NCBI GenBank assembly: GCA_037925075.1
Contig: JAXSNR010000001.1
Coordinates: 480,001-544,000 of the forward strand
Direction: 5' to 3'
DNA: 64,000 bases
Source of the DNA: Aquificaceae bacterium
Lineage (GTDB): Bacteria > Aquificota > Aquificia > Aquificales > Aquificaceae
This document shows, one piece after another, positions 1 to 12,065 of this stretch (position 1 is the stretch's first letter; each line of letters begins with the position of its first letter). Below the pieces are notes generated by a model that searched no databases, was not told the origin of the DNA, and saw only the letters and a program-made list of their open reading frames with translations. The translations under genes were made by a program, and so were the position numbers.

Positions 1-135
1 GCTGGCTTTGAGGTTTTGAAGGCTTTGACCACCCTCTTTGAAAAACCACAGGACACGGAGCCCGTAAAGAACCGAGAGATAAGAGAGGGGTTTCATCCAG
101 AGGGGGGCTTTTTCTGTCTGTTGGCTACCCCTTGA
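1..135 (+). CDS. 3' end of a gene entering the window, probably a class I SAM-dependent methyltransferase
   Basis: Frame 1 is open from base 1 to TGA at 133-135: AGFEVLKALTTLFEKPQD...REGFHPEGGFFCLLATP*, which resembles Methyltransf_11-type C-termini. Confidence 0.5.
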   Translation, partial: AGFEVLKALTTLFEKPQDTEPVKNREIREGFHPEGGFFCLLATP

Positions 136-159
136 AATTTGATAAAAGTTGACTAAAAT
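132..159 (+). promoter_or_regulatory. sigma70-type promoter for dnaJ, probably leaderless
   Basis: TTGAAA (132-137), 16 nt, TAAAAT (154-159); ATG 8 nt later; no SD. Confidence 0.55.
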
Positions 160-167
160 CTTTTAAC

Positions 168-1310
168 ATGGCTCAGTCAGCAAAAAGGGATTACTACGAG
201 GTGCTTGGCGTTCCAAAAAACGCAACTCAGGAGGAGATCAAGAAGGCATACCGCCGGCTTGCCAGAAAATACCATCCAGACTTTAACAAGGAACCAGAGG
301 CTCAGGAGAAGTTCAAGGAGATAAACGAAGCCTATCAGGTGCTATCGGACCCAGAAAAGAGAAAACTCTACGACCAGTACGGGCATTCAGCCTTTACCTC
401 CCAGCCCGGTGGTGGAGCCTATGAGGAAGTGGTGTTCCAAAATGTGGGAGACCTCTTTGAGGAGCTTTTTAGGGGCTTTGGCTTTGAAGACATCTTTGAA
501 AGGGCAACGCGTGGGAGAAGGCGCGAAGGGAAAAGACCAGTAAAGGGCGAGGACATACATTATACGGTGGAGCTTAGCCTTGAAGAGGCCTACAAGGGCA
601 CCGTGGTAAGCCTTCCACTGGTCAGGGAGGTTCTCTGCGATGCCTGCGGTGGTACCGGCTACGATAAAAGCAAGGGTGAGCGAGTATGTCCCACCTGCGG
701 TGGAAGGGGCGAGGTGGTTCAGAGGCAGTTTTTCATGACCATAGCACAGACCTGCCCTACATGCAAGGGTGAAGGGGTTATAAGAGAACCCTGTCCCAAA
801 TGCAGAGGCAGAGGCACCGTACCTCAGAGAGAAGAGGTAAAGGTAAGAATACCCCCGGGTGTAGATACGGGTAGTAGGATACTGGCGGAAGGTAAGGGTA
901 ATGCGGGCATGTTTGGCGGACCGCCCGGAGACCTCATCATAACCGTAAAGGTAAAACCACATCCCATCTTTGAAAGAAGGGGTAATAATCTTTATGTGGA
1001 TGTAAATCTCAAACTAACTGAGGCAGTTCTTGGAGCAGAGCTTGAGGTACCAACCTTGGAAGGGCGTAGCCTTAAAGTAAAGATACCCTCAGGTGTAAGG
1101 GAAGGAGACACCATAAGGGTAGAAGGCTACGGAATGCCCAAGCTCATGTCCGAAGGTAGAGGAGACCTCTTTGTTAGAGTGCATATAGAGGTTCCTAAGT
1201 TAGGGCTTATGGACAAGCTCTTCGGCGATGGAAGGAAGGTAAAACAACTTCTTGAAGAGCTTCATCAACTACTTCCAGAGCCAACACGCATAAGGGAGAG
1301 GCAAACATGA
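168..1310 (+). CDS. dnaJ: Chaperone DnaJ
   Basis: J-domain with HPD, G/F-rich region, four CxxCxGxG repeats, C-terminal domain. Confidence 0.97.
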   Translation: MAQSAKRDYYEVLGVPKNATQEEIKKAYRRLARKYHPDFNKEPEAQEKFKEINEAYQVLSDPEKRKLYDQYGHSAFTSQPGGGAYEEVVFQNVGDLFEELFRGFGFEDIFERATRGRRREGKRPVKGEDIHYTVELSLEEAYKGTVVSLPLVREVLCDACGGTGYDKSKGERVCPTCGGRGEVVQRQFFMTIAQTCPTCKGEGVIREPCPKCRGRGTVPQREEVKVRIPPGVDTGSRILAEGKGNAGMFGGPPGDLIITVKVKPHPIFERRGNNLYVDVNLKLTEAVLGAELEVPTLEGRSLKVKIPSGVREGDTIRVEGYGMPKLMSEGRGDLFVRVHIEVPKLGLMDKLFGDGRKVKQLLEELHQLLPEPTRIRERQT

Positions 1311-1690
1311 AGAGGGAAAAGACAAGGCTTTACACCATAGGGGTGGTTGCCAGCATGTTCAACATCCACCCACAGACCCTCAGACTTTACGAAAGAGAGG
1401 GGCTCATAAAGCCCACAAGAAGCAAGGGCAGGACAAGGTACTACACGGAAGAAGATATACAAAGGCTTGAGTTCATCCTTACCCTTAGCAGAGACCTCGG
1501 CGTGAACCTTGCGGGCATTGACATAATCCTCCGTATGAAGGAGCAGATGGAGGAGCTTGAAATGCAGTTGCAAAAGCTTATAGAGTTCATACAAAGGGAG
1601 GTATCAGAGGTCTACCAAAGGGACGAAAGCATAAAGTCCATAGTCTTGGCGGAGAGGACAGACATACTCAAGTCCATAAGGAAGCGGTAA
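1307..1690 (+). CDS. hspR: MerR-family heat-shock repressor (HspR-like)
   Basis: [26 protein letters not shown]...GVNLAGI; ATGA overlap with dnaJ. Confidence 0.85.
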   Translation: MKREKTRLYTIGVVASMFNIHPQTLRLYEREGLIKPTRSKGRTRYYTEEDIQRLEFILTLSRDLGVNLAGIDIILRMKEQMEELEMQLQKLIEFIQREVSEVYQRDESIKSIVLAERTDILKSIRKR

Positions 1691-1700
1691 AATATTGCCA

Positions 1701-2186
1701 ATGGAAATAAGGGAGACAGACCTTCCGGGCATAGGTAAAAAGTACTCCATGAGCCTGAGGGAGGGTAGAGAGCTTGTTCTTGTTATATACAACACGGGCA
1801 AGAGGGAAATATATCTCATGGAAGAAGAAGAGACCTCCTGCGTCTTTGACCTAACGGAGGAAGAAGCAAAAGAACTGGGCTTTTTGCTTGCGGGAGCCCT
1901 CTACCAGCCTATAAAGGCGGACAAGATGGAGCTTATCCTAAAAGAGGTGGTCATGGAATGGGTAAGGATAGAGGCAGGCTCAAGCTTTATAAACAGAACC
2001 ATAGCGGAGCTTCAGATAAGAAGAACCACAGGCGTATCTGTTATAGCCATAGACAGAAGGGGGAAGATCATACCAAGCCCAGACCCCTACAAGGAAAAGA
2101 TAGAACTAGGGGACGTGCTTATAGTGGTGGGCACGCGTCCGCAGATAAACCACTTTTTGGAACTTTGCGGAAGGTGTAGCACTTAA
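1701..2186 (+). CDS. Cation:proton antiporter regulatory subunit (KhtT-like, TrkA-C/RCK_C)
   Basis: ETDLPGIGKKY N-terminus and IAELQIRRTTGVSVIAIDR RCK_C motif; ATG 1701 chosen over the TTG at 1695. Confidence 0.88.
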   Translation: MEIRETDLPGIGKKYSMSLREGRELVLVIYNTGKREIYLMEEEETSCVFDLTEEEAKELGFLLAGALYQPIKADKMELILKEVVMEWVRIEAGSSFINRTIAELQIRRTTGVSVIAIDRRGKIIPSPDPYKEKIELGDVLIVVGTRPQINHFLELCGRCST

Positions 2187-2187
2187 G

Positions 2188-3357
2188 ATGCACAATCCTC
2201 AGGACTTTTTATTGGCGGGGAGTGTTTTCCTGCTCCTTTTCTTCTCCGCCCTTCTTCTTTCAAAGATAAAGGTGCCTTACATCCTGTCCTTCATGTTGGC
2301 GGGTTTTTTGGGCAAACTCTTTTTGCCCAAAAGGGCGGAGGATGTGCTCTTAATCTTTGAATACTCGGGGGTGGTCCTTCTCTTCTTCTTCATAGGTCTT
2401 GAGTACTCCTTTGAAAGGCTTTTGGGGATGAGGAGGGTTTTCAAGCCGGGGCTTTTGGACTTTTTGCTTAACTTCCTGCCAGCCTTTGTACTTTCTTACG
2501 CCTTTACGAAAAGCTTCCTGTTTTCTCTGGCAATGGGTGCGGTGGTATATCCCAGTAGTACCGCCATAACCGCAAAGCTTCTCATGGACTACAAAAGGCT
2601 TGTAAACCCGGAGGCGGAGCTTCTGATTGGAATCCTCATATTTGAGGACTTGGTGAGCATTCTCTTGCTTTCCGCCCTTACGGGTCTTACCTTTGGTCTT
2701 GAACCTGATGTGATAAGCCTTTCAAGGGGTATTTTGGCGGTGGTTTTTCTTTTGGGTGCCTTTTACCTTCTGAGGGCTCCCTCCGAGAGGGCCTTTGACT
2801 ACCTTGACAAAAAAATGGACGAGGGCTTGATTCCCTTTATGGTGTTGGGCTTTTTGCTCTTTTCCTCTGGCATAAGCCTCAAGCTGGGTGTTTCCGACGC
2901 CCTTGTTGCCTTTATGTTAGGTGTGCTTGTGCCGGAAAAAAGCAGGGTCTTTGAAGTTATGGAAAAGTCCCTTTCAAGCCTAAAGGATCTATCTGTGGGA
3001 GTTTTCTTCTTTATGTTTACCTTCCACGCAAAGCTGAGTTTTGATTTTAACTTTTGGCTTTTGGCTTTTTTGATTGTGGTATCCGTATCTCTTAAGCTTG
3101 TCTCCACCTACTACGGTGCCCTTATGTACGGGCTTACCAAAAGGGCATCCATGAGGGCCTGTCTTTCCTTTATCCAACGTGGAGAGTTTTCTGTTATCTT
3201 TGCCAGCTTTTATGAGCCTGCCCAACCCATTGCCTTTGCCCTTGTTCTCTTTACCGCACTGCTGGGTAGCCTTAGCTTTCTTTTAGCTCCAAGGCTTTCC
3301 CAGAAGCTTTTCCCAAAGAAAGAAGGGAAAGGACCTCTTCCAACTCCTCCCTCTTAG
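2188..3357 (+). CDS. CPA2-family cation:proton antiporter (KhtU-like)
   Basis: Polytopic; FFIGLE, SSTAI, LIFEDL and QRGEFS motifs. Confidence 0.9.
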   Translation: MHNPQDFLLAGSVFLLLFFSALLLSKIKVPYILSFMLAGFLGKLFLPKRAEDVLLIFEYSGVVLLFFFIGLEYSFERLLGMRRVFKPGLLDFLLNFLPAFVLSYAFTKSFLFSLAMGAVVYPSSTAITAKLLMDYKRLVNPEAELLIGILIFEDLVSILLLSALTGLTFGLEPDVISLSRGILAVVFLLGAFYLLRAPSERAFDYLDKKMDEGLIPFMVLGFLLFSSGISLKLGVSDALVAFMLGVLVPEKSRVFEVMEKSLSSLKDLSVGVFFFMFTFHAKLSFDFNFWLLAFLIVVSVSLKLVSTYYGALMYGLTKRASMRACLSFIQRGEFSVIFASFYEPAQPIAFALVLFTALLGSLSFLLAPRLSQKLFPKKEGKGPLPTPPS

Positions 3358-3931
3358 ACTCCATGTGGTCCTCGGGCATAACCCATATGGGGCTTCCGAC
3401 CCTCACTTTTGCCCTTGAGAAGGGTAAGGGGATGGTGAGCCTGTCCCAAGTTTTTAGCCTTATAGAGTGGTCAAACTCCACATAAATAGGTACTATGGGT
3501 ATGCCCGTTTTCTGCGAAAGTAGAATTATTCCCGGCTTTACCTTTCCGTAAGGACCCTTTGGTCCGTCCACCGTTATGGCGACCGTGTTGCCTTCTCTGA
3601 GCACCTTAACCAACTTTAAAAATCCCACGCTTCCCCCCTTCTGGGGCTTACCTTCTTCGCTTGAGCCCCTTACCACCTTGTAGCCAAGGCTTAGAAGAAA
3701 TCTCTCCGCTATGTCTCCATCTCTGAACCTGCTTACGAGAGCGTATATGCCCCTGTCTATGCCAAGCATAGCAACCCCGAGGGCATTACCATGAAGAAGA
3801 GCTATCATCTTTCCTCTGTAAAGTTCATAGTCTATCCTCTTTTCCCACCTTATGGTTTTTTGTATAAGCCTGAGCAAAAGGGCTACAAAAGGTGTCAAAA
3901 AAAGGAAAAGCTTGTGCCTTAACCTTTTCAT
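3272..3931 (-). CDS. DUF374 / lysophospholipid acyltransferase family protein (LpxJ-like)
   Basis: LVSRFRDGD, VVRGSS, AITVDGPKGP, TWDRLTIPLPF motifs; ATG at 3931 overlaps the upstream stop. Confidence 0.85.
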   Translation of the reverse strand: MKRLRHKLFLFLTPFVALLLRLIQKTIRWEKRIDYELYRGKMIALLHGNALGVAMLGIDRGIYALVSRFRDGDIAERFLLSLGYKVVRGSSEEGKPQKGGSVGFLKLVKVLREGNTVAITVDGPKGPYGKVKPGIILLSQKTGIPIVPIYVEFDHSIRLKTWDRLTIPLPFSRAKVRVGSPIWVMPEDHMESKREELEEVLSLLSLGKASGKALELKES

Positions 3932-5250
3932 CTTGCTTCGAAGACAGAAAGGATGTTGTTCCTTATCCACCTTTCGTCAAGCCACTGGATTGGATTTACC
4001 TCATAGCCTTGCACCAATACACCGAAGTGTAGATGGTCTCCAAGGGCAAGACCCGTTTTGCCTGTTCTTCCAATGACCTCTCCCCTCTTTACATACTGGC
4101 CCGCTTTTACGCCCACCTCGGAAAGATGTCCGTAAAGGCTCATAAGACCCAAGCCATGGTCTATGATTACCGTGTTTCCGTATATGCCAAGGTCTCCCAC
4201 AAAAACCACCACACCCGAGTTGCCGGCTGGTACCTCCACCCTTTCCACCGAAGCAAAGTCAAAGCCCATATGCCTGCTTTCGCTCACCCTTTGCCCTTGA
4301 TAATAGTAATGTCTTATATCTCCATATGTGGCAAACACCTTGCTGTTTGGAAGCTGTAGAAAGGCTCCTACCCATAGGGCCCTTGGCTCACTTTCTTTGC
4401 TAATCTGAGAAAGCCTTTCCACATCTCTTGACCTCCATACTTCATTTACCCTCTTAAAGGCTTCCACAGGAGCAAGCCCTCTGCCTTCCTTACCAAGAAG
4501 AGGATATATAACCCTGTTTACAAATTCATCATCAATGTTAATCCTGTCTTCTTTAAACCTAACACTTTTGACCTTTAAGCTTAAACTCTGAGATACGGTA
4601 TTTCCCGCTTTGTCCTTTACTATAAGGGATATGGTGCTTCCCTCTGGAAGGTCAAGCCTTATGGGAAAAAGCCCAAAGTAATATCCATCACCTATGGGAT
4701 ACAAACTATACTGAAAGTTGCCTAAGCTAATATAAGCTGTAGCTTCTTCTTCAATCTTTATCTTTATGGCACCAGAACCACCAAGATGTGGGGAGGATGT
4801 GTAGTTGAAAACCCTAAACCTCGGTGGTACCGTATCCACAAGGGCATCCATGCTGTAGGTCCTTTCTTGCAAAAGGCCCGAAGAAACCTCTAAAAAAAAC
4901 CTTGCATTGCCATCCTTTAGGCCCAAATCCTTTGCCCTTATGGTAAAGCTCACCTCCTTTGAAGGCACTGAAAGTCTGGTGGTGTATATTTCTCTTCTTT
5001 GTCCCTCTTGTTCTACGTATAGTCTTAGCTCTTTTATGGGCTTGGTGGCTTCGATCTTAAAGGTTTTTTCAGAAGGTATAAGGGAAAGGGATTTAAGGCT
5101 TTCCTCAGAAACCTGCGGCCTTCCCGCCGTGTAGAGAAAAAGGAGGTAAAACATAATAAGCACAAGGGAAAAGAGGGCAAGCCTTCTTATGAGTTTCACA
5201 AAGCCAAGCCTTCTCTCTTTTTGTCCATAGGGTCTGTATCTGTATCTCAT
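3928..5250 (-). CDS. M23-family metallopeptidase, membrane anchored
   Basis: N-terminal TM; HMGFD and HLH zinc motifs, YGNTVIIDHG. Confidence 0.92.
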   Translation of the reverse strand: MRYRYRPYGQKERRLGFVKLIRRLALFSLVLIMFYLLFLYTAGRPQVSEESLKSLSLIPSEKTFKIEATKPIKELRLYVEQEGQRREIYTTRLSVPSKEVSFTIRAKDLGLKDGNARFFLEVSSGLLQERTYSMDALVDTVPPRFRVFNYTSSPHLGGSGAIKIKIEEEATAYISLGNFQYSLYPIGDGYYFGLFPIRLDLPEGSTISLIVKDKAGNTVSQSLSLKVKSVRFKEDRINIDDEFVNRVIYPLLGKEGRGLAPVEAFKRVNEVWRSRDVERLSQISKESEPRALWVGAFLQLPNSKVFATYGDIRHYYYQGQRVSESRHMGFDFASVERVEVPAGNSGVVVFVGDLGIYGNTVIIDHGLGLMSLYGHLSEVGVKAGQYVKRGEVIGRTGKTGLALGDHLHFGVLVQGYEVNPIQWLDERWIRNNILSVFEAR

Positions 5251-5975
5251 AGCTTTACCACTACGCAATACCAGTTTTCCAACCTCTTTATTTTAGCAGG
5301 CTTTAAAGATAGCAAGTCAAGGAAAGCCTTAAGGTCCTCCTTTCCGTAAAGTCCAGAGAAGATGGCAACCCTTCTGAAGAGTCTCTTAAGATGGACAAGC
5401 TCCCTTTTGAAGATCTCCAGCTCAAGGTTTGCAACAAGCAGGTCAAAGCCCTCTGTCAGGTCTTTGGGTTCTAAGCAAAGGCACTCAACCTCAACACAGT
5501 TTTCTTTTGCGTTATGCAAACACTCTTGGATGGCAAGGGGGTCAATGTCTATGGCAAGGACCCTTCCCGCACCCAGTTTTTTTGACGCTATAGCCAGTAT
5601 GCCCGTGCCCGTGCCCACATCCAGCACAGACCATCCCTCCTGCAAAAACTCTTGGAGAAGCTCAAGGCAAAGGCGTGTTGTGGGATGGAGCCCAGTACCA
5701 AAGGCAGAGCCTTGCCTTATAACCACGGGCTTTATCCAAGAGGGAAGAACCATAAGCTTACCTATCCTACGAGCCCTAAAGACCTTCTCCGGTGGTAAGA
5801 TTTCTACCTCAAGGACTTCCAAAGGCTCAAGCCCCTCAAGGGGTTCATAGGCGGCAAACTCCAAAAAGGACTCACCCTCCGAAAGGATCTCCACGCCTTT
5901 TGTGTATTCCAATAGAAACTGATAAAAGCCCTCTGGATCAAGCCTGTAGATGTACTTTTTATGCCTTTGTGCCAT
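5247..5975 (-). CDS. prmA: Ribosomal protein L11 methyltransferase
   Basis: AFGTGLHPTT, VLDVGTGTGILAI; start moved to 5975 to avoid overlap with purF. Confidence 0.9.
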   Translation of the reverse strand: MAQRHKKYIYRLDPEGFYQFLLEYTKGVEILSEGESFLEFAAYEPLEGLEPLEVLEVEILPPEKVFRARRIGKLMVLPSWIKPVVIRQGSAFGTGLHPTTRLCLELLQEFLQEGWSVLDVGTGTGILAIASKKLGAGRVLAIDIDPLAIQECLHNAKENCVEVECLCLEPKDLTEGFDLLVANLELEIFKRELVHLKRLFRRVAIFSGLYGKEDLKAFLDLLSLKPAKIKRLENWYCVVVKL

Positions 5976-5999
5976 GCCCCTATGAATTATATTATTCTC

Positions 6000-8134
<2,135 letters not shown>

Positions 8135-8151
8135 TTAAAATATAACACTCA

Positions 8152-9213
8152 ATGCTTATTCTGGTAAAGCTTGGTTCAAACCTCATACAGACGGAAGATG
8201 GGGACATAGACCTAAGCTTTCTATCAAGGCTTGCGGGAGAGGTAAAAAGGTTAAAAGATATGGGTCATAACACTTTGATAGTCTCTTCGGGAGCGGTTCT
8301 GTGTGGGGTAAAAAAGCTGGGTCTGAACCAGAGGCCGAAAGAGCTTAGTCTAAAGCAGGCGGTTGCGGGCGTTGGTCAGGCTTACCTTATGCACCTTTAC
8401 GATATGGTCTTTTCCAACTATGGGCTAACGGTGGGGCAAGCCCTCCTTACCGCGGACATCTTCAAGGACAAGGAAAAGTTTGAAAACGCAAGAAATGCCC
8501 TAAGCAGTATGCTTTCCTTGGGTATTGTGCCCGTGATAAATGAGAACGACACGGTTGCCATATCGGAGCTTCTCTTTGGAGACAATGATTTCCTTGCGGT
8601 CCATACCGCATACATGATGAAGGTGGACCTTATGGTCATCTTTTCCACCGCCGGTGGTCTTTTGGATGAAGAGGGAAGGGTGGTTCCTGTGGTGGAGGAT
8701 GTGGAGGGCGTTCTTCACCTCGTTAAGGGAGTAAACTCCCAGTTTGGCACTGGGGGTATGATGAGCAAGATAACCGCATCGCGCATAGCGGTAAGGCTTG
8801 GTATCCCAGTGGTCATAACGGGTAAGGAGGACACCCTCCTTGGGATTATACAGGGAAAGACAAAGGGGACCTACTTTAGACCTTCTGAAAGACCTCTCAA
8901 GGAAGGTAAAAAAGCCTTTGCCATGCTTGAGGAGCCAAAGGGTGCCATATACATAGATGAGGGTGCATACAAAGCCATAAAACAACGCAAAAGCCTCTTG
9001 CCCGCAGGTATAAGAAGGGTGGAGGGTTTATTCCAAAGGGGTGATGTGGTGATGCTTTATGATGAAAAGGGCTTTCTTGTGGGAAAGGGAAGGGTAAGCC
9101 TTAGCTCAGAGGAGATAAAGAAGGTGGCAGGTAAAAGGGGGGGAGAAGTAAAAAAGATACTAAAAGTGTCCTCTGAAGAGGTTATACATGCGGACAGACT
9201 TGTTATATTTTGA
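8152..9213 (+). CDS. proB: Glutamate 5-kinase with PUA domain
   Basis: VKLGS, VSSGAV, NENDT, FGDND, GTGGMMSK, SLLPAGI. Confidence 0.97.
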   Translation: MLILVKLGSNLIQTEDGDIDLSFLSRLAGEVKRLKDMGHNTLIVSSGAVLCGVKKLGLNQRPKELSLKQAVAGVGQAYLMHLYDMVFSNYGLTVGQALLTADIFKDKEKFENARNALSSMLSLGIVPVINENDTVAISELLFGDNDFLAVHTAYMMKVDLMVIFSTAGGLLDEEGRVVPVVEDVEGVLHLVKGVNSQFGTGGMMSKITASRIAVRLGIPVVITGKEDTLLGIIQGKTKGTYFRPSERPLKEGKKAFAMLEEPKGAIYIDEGAYKAIKQRKSLLPAGIRRVEGLFQRGDVVMLYDEKGFLVGKGRVSLSSEEIKKVAGKRGGEVKKILKVSSEEVIHADRLVIF

Positions 9214-9218
9214 AAGCT

Positions 9219-9638
9219 TTATAAATATCCCGCTTCCACGCCTATGCAAGCGTTCCAAACAACATTTATTTTGTCTTTGTACCTTTCTATAACTTCCATA
9301 TTCTCGCAACCGGGTTGCAACCACACACACTTGGCACCCACCTTTAGGGCTTCCTCAAATACTGGCTCTATATGTGCTGGATTTCTAAACACATTTACGA
9401 TGTCTATGGGTTCTGGTACATCAGAAAGGGAGGAAAGCACCTTTATCCCCAGTATCTCCTGTCCCGCATACTTTGGATTTACAAGGTAGACCTTGTGCAA
9501 AGCCTTTGAGACTAGCCTTTCTGTCACGTAGTAGGAGGGCTTTTGTGGGTCCGAAGATATGCCCACAACTGCCACAACCTTGGACTCCCTAAGCACACTA
9601 AGGGCATCGTCCTGGTGTGGATGATGAAGTTCCTTCAT
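9219..9638 (-). CDS. CoA-binding protein (YccU-like)
   Basis: VAVVGIS, DIVNVFR, VWLQPG, ACI motifs. Confidence 0.9.
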   Translation of the reverse strand: MKELHHPHQDDALSVLRESKVVAVVGISSDPQKPSYYVTERLVSKALHKVYLVNPKYAGQEILGIKVLSSLSDVPEPIDIVNVFRNPAHIEPVFEEALKVGAKCVWLQPGCENMEVIERYKDKINVVWNACIGVEAGYL

Positions 9639-9654
9639 AGGGTATTATTATATC

Positions 9655-10611
9655 ATGATTAAAATAGGCATAACCATAGGAGACCCAGCGGGAGTGGGAC
9701 CAGAGCTTATAGTCAAGATTTCAAAGCACTTTGACCCTCAAAAGGCGTACATAATATACGGAGAAAAGAAGATAATAGAAGCGGTTCAAAGGGAGCTGGG
9801 CGTACATCTTGATTTAACAGACATAAACACCATAGAAGAAGTAAAGGGTCCCGGCATATACATAGCGGACCTAAATATCAGCGAAACGAATAGACCTTTG
9901 CCCTCTCTTACCTCGGGAAAGGTGGCGGTTGCATACCTTGGGAGGGCGGTGGTGGATGCGGTTTATGGAAAAATTCACGGGCTTTTGACCATGCCCATAA
10001 ACAAGTTTTGGGCAAGGCTTGCAGGCTTTTCCTACGAAGGGCAGACGGAGTTTTTGGCTCAAGCCTCCGGCGTAAGAGAGTACGCCATGCTCATGTATTC
10101 GGAAAAGATAAGGGTTGTTCCCTTTACAACCCATATACCCTTAAGGGAGGTTCCAGAAAGGGTCAAAAAGGAAGAGATTGTAAGAAAGGTAAAGCTTATA
10201 AGTAGAGAGTTCAAAAGGCTCTTTGACCTTGAGCCTTCCGTAGGCATCTTAGGGCTTAACCCCCATGCGGGAGATATGGGAGCTATTGGGGATGAGGATA
10301 TGAGAGAGATAGCACCTGCGGTGGAATCTCTTAAAGAAGAGGGCTACAAGGTTGAAGGTCCCCTCTCGCCAGACAGTGCCTTTTTGAACATAAACCACCA
10401 TATTTACCTGTGCATGTATCACGACCAAGGGCTTATACCCTTTAAACTGCTTGCCTTTAAAGAGGGTGTAAACCTTACCCTTGGACTGCCCTTTGTAAGA
10501 ACTTCACCAGACCATGGCGTTGCCTACGACATAGCTTGGAAGGGCATAGTGGATGAGGGTCCGTCTCTTAGTGCCCTTAGGTTGTGTGAAAAGTTGGCGG
10601 GGAAAACATGA
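9655..10611 (+). CDS. pdxA: 4-hydroxythreonine-4-phosphate dehydrogenase
   Basis: GDPAGVGPE, LNPHAG, MYHDQG, RTSPDHG. Confidence 0.96.
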   Translation: MIKIGITIGDPAGVGPELIVKISKHFDPQKAYIIYGEKKIIEAVQRELGVHLDLTDINTIEEVKGPGIYIADLNISETNRPLPSLTSGKVAVAYLGRAVVDAVYGKIHGLLTMPINKFWARLAGFSYEGQTEFLAQASGVREYAMLMYSEKIRVVPFTTHIPLREVPERVKKEEIVRKVKLISREFKRLFDLEPSVGILGLNPHAGDMGAIGDEDMREIAPAVESLKEEGYKVEGPLSPDSAFLNINHHIYLCMYHDQGLIPFKLLAFKEGVNLTLGLPFVRTSPDHGVAYDIAWKGIVDEGPSLSALRLCEKLAGKT

Positions 10612-12065
10612 CAATAAAAAAGAAGGTGGCGTTAAGCCTAGTTTTTTCCCTTATGTTTACTCTTGCAGTTACCTTTATTGTTCTCTACATAATATCTTCT
10701 CAGCTTCTTCAAAGAAGAATTGAAGAAACCTACAGGTCAGTATATGAAAACTATAAAAAACTATTAAAGGAGAAGGTGGATGAATCAGAAAGGTTTCAAA
10801 CCTTGGCAAGCTCTGGACAGCTTTCTTTAACATATCATTACATAGAAAAAACTTCTGAAGCAAAATGTGAAGAGGCAACCTATTACCGTATAACTTCCAC
10901 TGGACTTTACTACGGCATAAACAGGTACTACCCAGAGGGATGCTTTTTTATAGGTATAAACCTTGAAGAAATGCTCATATTTATGGAAAGCTTAGTGGGC
11001 ATAGACTGGGTGGTGTATTACAATAAAGAGTTCATCTACGACCTTTTAGGGTCAAACTTGGATACCTTTATGAAGGACAAAGTGGTTATAGGTAATATGG
11101 TTATTGATAGGTTTTCTAAACAGCATGTGCTTGCTCTACCCCTCAACGTGAAGGGCTATATGCTCTACGGTAGCTTCCTTGATAAAAGCCTCCTTATGGA
11201 GGTTCCTATTACAAACATAAAGGGATTACCCGTAGGTAATATAGTCCTTATCAAAGATGTTTCAGAATTATACAAAGAAGCCTACATGGTCTTCTTTGCA
11301 CTTGCTTTTTACTCAGTATTCATGTTATCTCTTATTTCCCTTTTGCTCTTCCGCATCTTATCAGGATTAGTAAACAGGATAGTTTTCCTAAGGGAGGCAA
11401 CAGCACAAATAGAAAAGATGGATTTTACGGTGGTCCATCTTCTTGAAAACTCAAGGGAAAGATGGAAGGATGAAGTTTATGATCTAAGGCACAGCATATA
11501 CAATATGGCTATGAGCCTAAAATCTGCCTTTGAAGAGCTTCAGGAAAAGAAGTCTGAACTTGAACAGCTTGCATACTATGACCCACTTACTGAACTTCCC
11601 AACAGGAGATTTTTCTTTGACCACGCAAGTCTTATCCTTGAAAGCTCAAAAAGGTACGGAAATCCTTTTTGCATTCTCATCATAGACATAGACCACTTTA
11701 AAAAGATAAACGACACTTATGGACACGAAGCTGGCGACCTAATATTAAAGAGCTTTTCGGAGATTTTGAGAAAAAGCATAAGACAGTCAGACCTTCCCGC
11801 AAGGCTTGGGGGTGAAGAGTTTGTTATTCTAATGCCCAATACTACCCTTCAGCAGGGCAAAGTAGTAGCGGAGAGGATAAGGGTCAGTTTTCAGAATAGC
11901 CTTATAGTGTATAAAGAAAAGGAGATAAAGGCTACCCTGAGCGGAGGGCTTGCAAGCTTCAAACCGGGTATTGAGAATATTGACGACCTTATAAGAATGG
12001 CGGACGAAGCCCTCTACAGGGCAAAAGAGTTGGGAAGAAACAGGATAGAGGTGTATGAGCCTTAG
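10608..12065 (+). CDS. Membrane-bound diguanylate cyclase (periplasmic sensor, HAMP-like linker, GGDEF)
   Basis: Two TMs; DPLTELPNRR, DIDHFKKINDTYGH, RQSD I-site, GGEEF. Confidence 0.93.
   Translation: MTIKKKVALSLVFSLMFTLAVTFIVLYIISSQLLQRRIEETYRSVYENYKKLLKEKVDESERFQTLASSGQLSLTYHYIEKTSEAKCEEATYYRITSTGLYYGINRYYPEGCFFIGINLEEMLIFMESLVGIDWVVYYNKEFIYDLLGSNLDTFMKDKVVIGNMVIDRFSKQHVLALPLNVKGYMLYGSFLDKSLLMEVPITNIKGLPVGNIVLIKDVSELYKEAYMVFFALAFYSVFMLSLISLLLFRILSGLVNRIVFLREATAQIEKMDFTVVHLLENSRERWKDEVYDLRHSIYNMAMSLKSAFEELQEKKSELEQLAYYDPLTELPNRRFFFDHASLILESSKRYGNPFCILIIDIDHFKKINDTYGHEAGDLILKSFSEILRKSIRQSDLPARLGGEEFVILMPNTTLQQGKVVAERIRVSFQNSLIVYKEKEIKATLSGGLASFKPGIENIDDLIRMADEALYRAKELGRNRIEVYEP

Noticed and set aside
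131..167. HspR (HAIR) or CIRCE operator upstream of dnaJ
   Set aside because: CTTGAAA and GTTGACT half-site-like words are present, but there is no convincing inverted repeat with the right spacing
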